A DNA stretch of 37,319 nt from a virus (Duplodnaviria > Caudoviricetes). Below, one piece after another: positions 16,522 to 25,225 of this stretch. The stretch lies in IMG/VR virus record IMGVR_UViG_3300046786_000638, positions 1 to 37,319 of that record; one strand, written 5' to 3'. Position 1 is the first letter of the stretch; every line of letters begins with the position of its first letter. Under the pieces are notes generated by a model. The model was given only the letters and a program-made list of their open reading frames with translations. It was not told where the DNA came from and searched no databases. A program made the position numbers and the translations under genes.

Positions 16522-19005
16522 ATGAAAACACTAGCACACAAAATAATATACATACTGCTTGGAGCAACTATAGTGACGAGTCTGGCGTACGCAGACACAG
16601 TTTCTCCTCTCCCTTTCCTTTCTCGTGTTTCTTCTGGTGACACGAACCCAAACTACCTTTTTTCAAAGTTGGTTGCTGGCACTGGCATAACACTTACAAA
16701 AAATAACCCGGGAGCAAACGAAACCATCACTATTGCTGGTTCTGGATTCGCTACAGGTACAAACATGTGGGGTGGAAGCCTTGCTGGCAGTATTTACAAC
16801 TTAAACTCAGGCAATGTCGGTATCGGAACCACTACTCCAGCCGGGTCTCTTCACGTAGCTGGAACTTCAGGAGCTATTTTCGGAACAGCAACAGGAACTG
16901 TAGGGACTCTTTCTCTAACCTCATCAGCACAAGGTTCTCCTGTGAGTGGTCGATTAGCTTTTGGTACAGATGGAACTGGTTGGCAATTTAGAATTGCTCA
17001 GAATAATCAAGGGGTTATTTCAGATCTGATGACTTTTGTAACTGGGGGTAATATAGGTATTGGGACGAGTACGCCAGTTTCTAAGCTTCAAGTTGTGGGT
17101 GGAGATATAGCGCTTGATACCAACAGATACCTTTTCGCTCCTGGGAGCGGAACTCTCAATATAGGTGACTCATCGGATAACATCAATATTGCTAATGGTT
17201 CAATTTACGCGACACCAAATGGAGGAAATGTGGGAATCGGTACATCAACACCAGCAACTAAGCTTCATGTTCTTTCTTCTGGTCAAGAAGTTGCCCGATT
17301 TGAATCATCAGATACTCCATATATTTCTTTTGTTGCACCAGGAGCTGTGACAAGCGGTATAATCGGAAGTGATTATGCAGTTTCAGGTGGTATTAACGCA
17401 AATACCGACTTAGGTTTTAGAACAGCTGGAAATATGATTTTCCATACTAATGGCTCACCAGAACGAATGAGAATCACCTCAGCTGGAAACGTGGGAATCG
17501 GGACGACGAGTCCACAAGCAAAACTCGCTGTGTCAGGTAGTGATGCAACTGTTGCGATAGATAATAATGGTGGTAGCGCAAGCTTCCTCCGCATGTTCAA
17601 TAACGGTACACAGAGATTTGTTATCGATGCAAGAAGTACTGCTACTGCTCTTAGTTCGCCGACTTCACCGATGACATTCAATACTGCATCAACAGAAAGA
17701 ATGCGTATCGACAACGCAGGAAACGTTGGTATCGGAACCACGACACCTACTGCAAAATTAAGTGTTACAGGCAATGGAACAGGTAGTATTCTTATGGGGG
17801 ATGCGACTATCAGCAATCATGCTTCTATCTCTCTTAATGGAACGCTTAGCAATCCTAGCTATAACTTCAGTAGTAGTGTCTCGGATACAAATCTTTATAT
17901 CAATAGGCCAACTGGATCAGGTATACAGTTCCGAGAAAACAATGGCACACCGCAAATGATTATTGCAACAGGTGGCAACGTCGGTATTGGAACCACAACA
18001 CCAATCTCTCTCTTCCACATAAGCGGCACAACAGCAGCAACAGCAACACTTGAAACAACAACAGCAAACAAAACAGCAAGTCTCACATTTAGAGCAAATG
18101 CTACGGGTAACAGTGTGGACTTGGGTACAATGGACTTCTACAACGCCGCATCAGGTATAAACGCTACTGTGTCTCAAATCGCTGGATTCCAAGGCTCATC
18201 TGCAAGTGATGGAGCGCTTCGCTTCTCTACACGAAGTGGTTCTGGTTTGGTGGAAGCTGTAAGAATAAACAATGTGGGAAACACAGGGTTTGGAACAACA
18301 TCTCCTCTCTACAGAATTGACACCTACAACACAGACGGATCTTCACTTGCACGATTTAAAGACACCGACAGCACCTATGCAGGAGTGGTGATCTCAGGTG
18401 ATACAAATGGTGGATACGTTGGAAACACAGACATCGGAACAGGTGTGGGCGAGTCCATCTACTTCCAGAATAGTCTAAACGCAATGCGTTTCTATACGCT
18501 TGGTACAGAGAGATTCCGTATATCGTCAAATGGAAACGTCGGTATTGGTACGACAAGCCCGATAACAACACTTGATGTGAACGGAACGATCACACAAGCA
18601 ACGGTAAAATCCTGTTCTCTTGGCCTTACGACCGACGCATCAGGCAGTATCACTGGATGTGTCGTTTCTGATAAGAGTGTAAAGAAAAACATCAAACCTC
18701 TCACTAAGTCCATCGACACGTTGATGAAACTAAAAGCTGTCACTTACAAGTGGAAAGATACAACCAAAGACAACCAGGTACACAGTGGGTTTATCGCTCA
18801 AGAGGTGGCAAAAGTGCTACCAGAGGCGGTAGTATCTGCTGGGGAAAAACTAAAAGGTGTTGATCCAAACGCTGTTATCGCCCTTGTTGTGAAGTCCGTG
18901 CAAGACCTTGTGATAAGGGTTGCAGGATTAGAGGAGAGGTTAGATGAACAACAAGAGGAAATAGACGAACTTCGTGCGTTACTCATTAAAAATAACATTA
19001 AGTAA
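16522..19005 (+). CDS. Tail fibre or spike with C-terminal peptidase S74 chaperone and N-terminal signal peptide
   Basis: 8 GN(V/I/T)G(I/F)GT(T/S)xP repeats. SDKSVKKNI...GFIAQEV S74 domain plus coiled coil. N-terminus MKTLAHKIIYILLGATIVTSLAYA. Confidence 0.88.
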   Translation: MKTLAHKIIYILLGATIVTSLAYADTVSPLPFLSRVSSGDTNPNYLFSKLVAGTGITLTKNNPGANETITIAGSGFATGTNMWGGSLAGSIYNLNSGNVGIGTTTPAGSLHVAGTSGAIFGTATGTVGTLSLTSSAQGSPVSGRLAFGTDGTGWQFRIAQNNQGVISDLMTFVTGGNIGIGTSTPVSKLQVVGGDIALDTNRYLFAPGSGTLNIGDSSDNINIANGSIYATPNGGNVGIGTSTPATKLHVLSSGQEVARFESSDTPYISFVAPGAVTSGIIGSDYAVSGGINANTDLGFRTAGNMIFHTNGSPERMRITSAGNVGIGTTSPQAKLAVSGSDATVAIDNNGGSASFLRMFNNGTQRFVIDARSTATALSSPTSPMTFNTASTERMRIDNAGNVGIGTTTPTAKLSVTGNGTGSILMGDATISNHASISLNGTLSNPSYNFSSSVSDTNLYINRPTGSGIQFRENNGTPQMIIATGGNVGIGTTTPISLFHISGTTAATATLETTTANKTASLTFRANATGNSVDLGTMDFYNAASGINATVSQIAGFQGSSASDGALRFSTRSGSGLVEAVRINNVGNTGFGTTSPLYRIDTYNTDGSSLARFKDTDSTYAGVVISGDTNGGYVGNTDIGTGVGESIYFQNSLNAMRFYTLGTERFRISSNGNVGIGTTSPITTLDVNGTITQATVKSCSLGLTTDASGSITGCVVSDKSVKKNIKPLTKSIDTLMKLKAVTYKWKDTTKDNQVHSGFIAQEVAKVLPEAVVSAGEKLKGVDPNAVIALVVKSVQDLVIRVAGLEERLDEQQEEIDELRALLIKNNIK

Positions 19006-19006
19006 T

Positions 19007-19561
19007 ATGGAAACAACAACAGAGGAAGCAATCGCAATAATCGCACAACTAAAAGCACAGGTGGACGCACAGGTGGACGCACAGAAAAAAGTATCAGACG
19101 CGCATCAAATCATCCTCGATAGACTAAACGGGATCAGAGAAACACCTGCGGCAGATTACGTCGTGCTACAAGAAGCACTTACAAAGAAAGAACAAGAAGT
19201 TGCAACACTTGCGGCATCTCTTAACGAGAAAGAGGTATTGATCCAAACAAAGGACGCGACACTAAGTGAAAAAGACGCAGAACTAGCATCACTCACGGTA
19301 GCGGTTACAGAGAAAGATGAACAAATTAACCTACTTTCAACAGAAAAAGAATCAGTAGTTGCTCAACTTTCTACCGTTGAAGCTGATCTCGCCGCTAAAG
19401 AAGCACAACTAGTAGAGAAAGACGCACAGATAGCTTCAAAAGAAGCAGAACTAAGCGAGAAAGATACTCAAATCGCCACACTCTCGTCTGAAAAGGTTGC
19501 GCTACAAGAAGAAGTAGCAAAGAAGGTAGAGGTTGCAACTGTGGAAGAAGTTGTACCGTAG
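19007..19561 (+). CDS. Long coiled-coil protein
   Basis: Heptad repeats of the EKDAELA type. Confidence 0.8.
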   Translation: METTTEEAIAIIAQLKAQVDAQVDAQKKVSDAHQIILDRLNGIRETPAADYVVLQEALTKKEQEVATLAASLNEKEVLIQTKDATLSEKDAELASLTVAVTEKDEQINLLSTEKESVVAQLSTVEADLAAKEAQLVEKDAQIASKEAELSEKDTQIATLSSEKVALQEEVAKKVEVATVEEVVP

Positions 19562-19570
19562 TACATATAT

Positions 19571-19837
19571 ATGACCTTGCTCGACGAACACATAAAAGAA
19601 GATCAAGAGAGATACGAGACTATGCAAAAAATACTTTTTGGAGACGAAAACTCAGGTGAGCTAGGAATGACGCAGAAAGTTGACGCGATGTACGAAATAC
19701 TTGTTAGTGCAAAAACACTCATCAGTATACTTGACAGCTTCGGAAAGATGACAAAGTGGATCGTAGGTATAGGACTAGCTTTTGCGTTGTTTAAGGGTTG
19801 GCTTGTTTCACTTATTCACTACTTACTCATCAGGTAA
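19571..19837 (+). CDS. Holin-like small membrane protein
   Basis: Helical N-terminus plus one C-terminal hydrophobic helix. Confidence 0.5.
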   Translation: MTLLDEHIKEDQERYETMQKILFGDENSGELGMTQKVDAMYEILVSAKTLISILDSFGKMTKWIVGIGLAFALFKGWLVSLIHYLLIR

Positions 19838-19838
19838 C

Positions 19839-20762
19839 ATGAACACAGAAGATATACCAAGAAAAACAGTAGTTGAAGGACTTTTACCACTTCCAGTAGA
19901 CTCAAGAGACTTTCAACATTCTCAGGTTTTTGGTGCGTCAAACTTTCGTGCTGATATTGACTTCGATGTTTCAAGTGTGAGCAAGATAAAAAACCAGTTT
20001 GACACAGACTGTTGTGCTGGGTTTTCTACAAGTGAAGTGAACGAAGACATACAAGGAGTGGTATTTTGCCCTTGGTACCAGTTTGCAAAGATAAAACAAG
20101 TGACAGGAGACTACAAGGCGTATGGAGCAGACCTCCGCAGTGCTTGTAAAGCGCTTGTGAACTATGGATCTCTACCAGTCGAAAAGTCTCCTTACTTCCA
20201 CGACCCGAACAAACCACAGTCAAAAGACAGAGACTTTATCGCAAACTGGACAAACTGGCCACAGTCACTCGACATAACAGCAGGGCTTTACAAGTGCGGT
20301 TCGTTCTTTGCTGTCGACGGGTCAGGTGACTACTTCGACAACATTCGGTCTACTCTGTGGCAGAACAAAGATCAGCATGTACCAGTAGAGTTTGGTGTTA
20401 TGTGGAGAAACGAGTGGACATATGTTTCTAATGGAGTAATACCGGAAGCAAACTACGACACACCATCTGGTAGCGGACACGCACTCAAGATTGTTGGGCA
20501 GAAGGTGATAAATGGAGTTCCTTACCTCAAGGTGCAAAACTCGTGGGGAACAGACTACGGAGACATGGGGTATTACTATTTCCCTCGTAGTGTTATAAAT
20601 AAAGAAGTAAAGATGTTCGGAGCATTTACACTCAAAGACATGGACGCTCAGACGGCAAAAACCTACATTGCCTACAATTTGACAACACAGGACGGTCTAA
20701 TTGGTGCAATCGTAAAAATAATCATGTCGCTCTATAACGACTTTAAAATACTACTCTCATGA
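19839..20762 (+). CDS. Papain-like (C1) cysteine peptidase
   Basis: KNQFDTDCCAGFS, GHA, QNSWGTDYGDMGY. Confidence 0.9.
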   Translation: MNTEDIPRKTVVEGLLPLPVDSRDFQHSQVFGASNFRADIDFDVSSVSKIKNQFDTDCCAGFSTSEVNEDIQGVVFCPWYQFAKIKQVTGDYKAYGADLRSACKALVNYGSLPVEKSPYFHDPNKPQSKDRDFIANWTNWPQSLDITAGLYKCGSFFAVDGSGDYFDNIRSTLWQNKDQHVPVEFGVMWRNEWTYVSNGVIPEANYDTPSGSGHALKIVGQKVINGVPYLKVQNSWGTDYGDMGYYYFPRSVINKEVKMFGAFTLKDMDAQTAKTYIAYNLTTQDGLIGAIVKIIMSLYNDFKILLS

Positions 20763-21475
20763 CAACATACACAGGCGCACAACTATATTCACTTCTAACA
20801 TTCCTACTCGGTGGAGAGCAAATCGACGAGGATTCGTTCTACCAACTACTTGACATTTGTCGTGGAAACAGAGAAATGATGCGCCCTTGGTGTGTTTTGA
20901 AGAAGGTTGACACAACACAAACGATGTCACCAAGCGACACGTTCAGAACAGCAAAGACACTCCCAGAAGATTTCCGTCGAACACTTGACCAAAATACGAT
21001 GCAACCTTACGATCCAACAGCAGGAACTACAGGTGACGTATACGACTACTACGCAGAAGTACCATTTGAAGAACAACTCAATTATAAGGATGCCAACGCT
21101 TTCTTCATCGACTACGCAAACAACTTGTTCTACGTGTGTGGTACATGCTCAAAGCAACTCACTATCTACTTTTTCTACATAGCAGACTACGGGCCAATAA
21201 CAAGTTCAACATCTTGGCTCAAGTTCCCTGGACTTTTTGCCCCAATTCTCGCTTTCGATGTAGCGGTTATGTACAAGGGTGGTGTTGACTATGACGCCAT
21301 CAATGCTCGCATGGCAGAATACAACGGTATGGACGCAAAGAAGATAGAGCAAGCAATGGAAAAGTGGGACAACCAGCTTGCTTTGTCACAAAGAAGGGGT
21401 ATCAACTACTCTGACAGCACGAGTCGTGGCTACAGAAGTGGTGCTATTGACGTGTACGGAAACCTAGACAACTAA
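20759..21475 (+). CDS. Head-to-tail adaptor (tail tubular A-like)
   Basis: Size, TLPEDF motif, position before the gp10-like gene. Confidence 0.65.
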   Translation: MTTYTGAQLYSLLTFLLGGEQIDEDSFYQLLDICRGNREMMRPWCVLKKVDTTQTMSPSDTFRTAKTLPEDFRRTLDQNTMQPYDPTAGTTGDVYDYYAEVPFEEQLNYKDANAFFIDYANNLFYVCGTCSKQLTIYFFYIADYGPITSSTSWLKFPGLFAPILAFDVAVMYKGGVDYDAINARMAEYNGMDAKKIEQAMEKWDNQLALSQRRGINYSDSTSRGYRSGAIDVYGNLDN

Positions 21476-21479
21476 CAAA

Positions 21480-23789
21480 ATGGCAAGAATTAGAGGAAAA
21501 AAATCAGCCACAGCAGACATCCAGGAGTACATTATTGACGTGTGGGGAGGTTTAAATACCGCTGTAAAGAACATTCGAGAACTTGAAGCAGGGTACGCCT
21601 CAAGATCAGTAAACTGGATGACTGGGTGGGATCCTATCAAGAAGAAAGCTGACCGCATAGAACTTCGACGTGGTTCAACAAACCTTGGAATTACAGATCA
21701 AGGTGCTGGCAAAGTGACAGGTCTTGGTGTTGGAACAAAGTACGACGGTACAGAAGTGCCTTTTTTCTCATACGCTCGTAAACTTATGTACTGGGACAGT
21801 GTTACACAAGACTACGCAGAAATAAGTAGCAACATACTCCCTGCTACAGCAAGTGGAGAGGATGTAGACTTCCACCCATATACGAACCTTGCTGGTGCTT
21901 TTATCTACGCGTGTTCACCAAACTCTGACTTTTACAAAATACCTGTCGCAAACCCAGGAAGTGCGGTAGCTCAAAGTGCGTCGCAACGAGGAAGGTTCAA
22001 CATTTACAAAAACGCTTCATATTTGTGGCAGAAAATACCGTCTTCATCAGTGTCCACCACAGCGTTGCGAGACAATACCGGTCTTTCTCGTTCCTACATA
22101 GACGCAAACCTCCTCACACACTATACGTCCATTGGAAACGACTACATGAGCCTACCTGGAAAGCCGTCTGGTGTGGTGAGTTTGACGGGAGGTAACATAG
22201 CAGACGGAACGTACTACTACGTCGTAACAGCTTTTGGCCCGTCAGGAGTAGAAACTACAAAAAGTGTAGAAAGTGACGCCATTGTTGTGGCTGGTGGAGG
22301 AGGAAATGCAAAAATAACACTAACATGGACAGCCCCAGCAGGAGCGAATGGGTACAATGTGTTCCGAACTACAGTGTCAGGTACGTACACAACACCTGCG
22401 CTCGTGTCTGCGTCTATTCTTGGTACTTTGACCGTTCCAACACTTGTTGACACGCTTGCTTCACCAACGACAGGAGCACCTGCCGGAACTACAACACAGC
22501 CACTCATCCCTGCTATCGGAACTGGTGACGGTAGTACCAAGACATTCAGTGGCACACTTTCAAATATAAGCGGTGCTTTTACTGCTTTTATAGTAAACAT
22601 CACGGACGGGATAGAAAACTTCACAGACACTAAAAACGGAACATTCCAAGGCTCTCTTAGTGGTACAGGTACGATAAACTACGCAACTGGTGCGTACTCT
22701 GTGACGTTTAATACTGCCCCGGCTAGTGGAGTGCCTATAACCGCAAGCTACTACAGAGAGGACGCAACCGTTGGAGGAATACTCGACTACACATACTCAG
22801 CAACGCGTACTATTGGACAAGGTGAATACTATCCACAGTTTGACGGATCAGGAATACTGCAAAACACACTCCCGTATGCAGGACAGACATACCAGTTTCA
22901 CAACCGGTCTGTGTGGAGCCTTCTTCTTTCTCAAGGGGATCTCACAAACACAAACAACCCGTTTCGAGACACTATGGGAATACCGTATCACCGAGCAGCG
23001 TTTGCTGACGCGGACGGTATTTCTTTCCTCGACAACACAAACCCGGCACAACCAAGAGTAAAACTGCTATCTATACCTGCCACAAGCACAACAACGCTAC
23101 CTTCTGACCTTTCAGATGTGCTTGACCTTTCTCCATATACACTCACATCTGCTGTTGTGTACAGGTGGGGAGACTACCGAATTGTGTCTTTACAAGGGAC
23201 AAAAACGTACAACGATACCACTTTTGTACAAAATGTGAATAGTAAATACTGGGATCAGCTCGACTATCGTATAACGTGTTGCGCTGAGTACAACGGCACA
23301 CTCCTTGGAGGAGACTCAATCTCTAACAATGTGTACGTCTTGTTCTCAGGTTTTGACGATGACGGGCAGGTTATCTCAAACGTATGGGAAAGTGGAGAAA
23401 TGGACTTGACGCTAGACGGCCAGAAGAAAGTAAAACGTATGGTGATAGAGGGACTTATACAACCAAATCAGTCGTTTGACATAAACCTTGGCTACGACGG
23501 AGGAACACCTGTGAACGTGTTTACGGTTCAAGGAGATGGTGTGTATGTGTCAAAAGGTACACCAACAACAGTTGGAAACTACACACTTGGAAGCAAGGTT
23601 GTTGGTAGTACAGATCAAGTATCTGCGTACCCATACCGTGTGGACTTTCTTATTGCCACAGACAAGTTCGAGTTTATAAAAGTACAGCTAGTCGCGCAGG
23701 GAATAGGGTATGTTTCAGTGAACCGTATGGTGTTCAAAGACATACGAAACAAAGGACATCATCTTATACCAACTCAAACAGTTGGGTAG
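21480..23789 (+). CDS. Tail tubular/stabilisation protein (P22 gp10-like) with inserted Ig/FN3-like domains
   Basis: WGGLNT and RRG N-terminal motifs. YYYVVTA...TLTWTAPAGANGYNVFR insertion. Confidence 0.75.
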   Translation: MARIRGKKSATADIQEYIIDVWGGLNTAVKNIRELEAGYASRSVNWMTGWDPIKKKADRIELRRGSTNLGITDQGAGKVTGLGVGTKYDGTEVPFFSYARKLMYWDSVTQDYAEISSNILPATASGEDVDFHPYTNLAGAFIYACSPNSDFYKIPVANPGSAVAQSASQRGRFNIYKNASYLWQKIPSSSVSTTALRDNTGLSRSYIDANLLTHYTSIGNDYMSLPGKPSGVVSLTGGNIADGTYYYVVTAFGPSGVETTKSVESDAIVVAGGGGNAKITLTWTAPAGANGYNVFRTTVSGTYTTPALVSASILGTLTVPTLVDTLASPTTGAPAGTTTQPLIPAIGTGDGSTKTFSGTLSNISGAFTAFIVNITDGIENFTDTKNGTFQGSLSGTGTINYATGAYSVTFNTAPASGVPITASYYREDATVGGILDYTYSATRTIGQGEYYPQFDGSGILQNTLPYAGQTYQFHNRSVWSLLLSQGDLTNTNNPFRDTMGIPYHRAAFADADGISFLDNTNPAQPRVKLLSIPATSTTTLPSDLSDVLDLSPYTLTSAVVYRWGDYRIVSLQGTKTYNDTTFVQNVNSKYWDQLDYRITCCAEYNGTLLGGDSISNNVYVLFSGFDDDGQVISNVWESGEMDLTLDGQKKVKRMVIEGLIQPNQSFDINLGYDGGTPVNVFTVQGDGVYVSKGTPTTVGNYTLGSKVVGSTDQVSAYPYRVDFLIATDKFEFIKVQLVAQGIGYVSVNRMVFKDIRNKGHHLIPTQTVG

Positions 23790-23790
23790 A

Positions 23791-23826
23791 TTACAAAAAG
23801 ACAACAAATTATACAATACATCCATG
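23791..23826 (+). promoter_or_regulatory. Leaderless promoter
   Basis: TTACAA-N15-TACAAT-N6-ATG. Confidence 0.55.
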
Positions 23827-25224
23827 TTACATACTCTTCTCACAAAAATAGGAATGTCTATAGCAGGTATGGGTCTTATGATTGGTGGCTTGCTTGGAGC
23901 ACCAGGAGTAGACCTTCTGACGCAGAACCTTGGGTCTACTGTTCCACAACTTCCTGCAAACTTTGAAACATCGCTCGCTTCCCCTATTCTGTCTACTGAC
24001 ACGTCAATGACACTCGTTTCTGGTACACTTGCAGACGGAACAACACTTTCAGGGTATACCTGTTTCGTTGTTGACTCAGGTCTTTCAAACAGTGAGTTTA
24101 TCTGTGGAACTGCGTCAAGTACGTCTGTTACATCACTTGTGCGTGGTATAAACCCAACATCAGGCACAACCACGGTATCTGCACTACAGTTCTCACACCG
24201 ACGAGGGGCTGACGTAAAAGTTTCTGACTACCCAGCAATCGGAGTCATGAGAAACATACTTGCCGGAGTGGATGGTTTCCCTGGTGCTGTGCGTTACGAC
24301 ACCGGAGTTGCTACCACTACCATCATCCTAGACGGAAGAAACCTCGTAAACTACTCACTTCTACAAAGCACTGCTTTCTCTGGTGCTGTCCCTGCTTCTA
24401 CTACAACGCTTGGACTGGTAAAAATGAGTACTGATCCTTCGTCTGCTTCAAGCCCGATCGCCGTAGGTACCAACGACGTTCGTCTAACAGGAAAGTCGGG
24501 TACAGTGCTTTCTTCCACAAATCCACCAATTGACCTTGCGTATACTGCCACAACGTCAACAGCAAACAGAGTAGTAACAGCATCATCTACTGGACTTATT
24601 GACAACAGTTTTATCGACTCTGGTACTACAGCAAGCAAAATAGTAAAACTTGACGCGTCTGCAAAACTTCCTGCGGTGGACGGATCACAGCTCACGAACC
24701 TTCCTGGTTCTGGTCTTATATATTCAACTAGTACAGCGACAACAGTTGCTAGTTCTGCGTCAGAAACAAACTTTGCATCTACTACCATACCAGCAAATAC
24801 AATCTCCACGGCTGGATCTGTACTTCGTCTAAGGGCACACATTTCTGCTTTTGCTATTTCAGGAACTTCAAATAGTGCTACTTTCAGGTTTAAGTACGGC
24901 GGAACAACACTTGCAACGAATACTTTTTCAACAAACGCTTCTAACGGTGCAGGAACTGGGTACTCAGGTACTATAGAGTTCGTTATCATTGCAACAAGCA
25001 CCGCGGCACAAAAAGGAGTAGCAGTAACACAAGTAGCAATAGGAACTTTTGGTAACAACGCTGGATCTCTTAGTGGTGCTTCTGCTTCTACCCAAACGGG
25101 TACAGCAAACGGAACTGTAGATGCGACAGCAGCACAAAGTCTTGTGTGTACAGTGCAGTTCAGTAACAGCGGAGCAAACGATAACGTAACAATACAGGAT
25201 ATTGTTGTAGAAAAAATAAAGTAA
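23824..25224 (+). CDS. Tail fibre- or needle-like Thr/Ser-rich protein with hydrophobic N-terminus
   Basis: MLHTLLTKIGMSIAGMGLMIGGLLG. Fibre motifs ASTTTLGLVKM and KLPAVDGSQLTNL. Confidence 0.7.
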   Translation: MLHTLLTKIGMSIAGMGLMIGGLLGAPGVDLLTQNLGSTVPQLPANFETSLASPILSTDTSMTLVSGTLADGTTLSGYTCFVVDSGLSNSEFICGTASSTSVTSLVRGINPTSGTTTVSALQFSHRRGADVKVSDYPAIGVMRNILAGVDGFPGAVRYDTGVATTTIILDGRNLVNYSLLQSTAFSGAVPASTTTLGLVKMSTDPSSASSPIAVGTNDVRLTGKSGTVLSSTNPPIDLAYTATTSTANRVVTASSTGLIDNSFIDSGTTASKIVKLDASAKLPAVDGSQLTNLPGSGLIYSTSTATTVASSASETNFASTTIPANTISTAGSVLRLRAHISAFAISGTSNSATFRFKYGGTTLATNTFSTNASNGAGTGYSGTIEFVIIATSTAAQKGVAVTQVAIGTFGNNAGSLSGASASTQTGTANGTVDATAAQSLVCTVQFSNSGANDNVTIQDIVVEKIK

Positions 25225-25225
25225 C

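Noticed and set aside
19054-19083. 12-bp direct repeat GCACAGGTGGAC
   Set aside because: Simple in-frame duplication (AQVD) within a coiled-coil gene.
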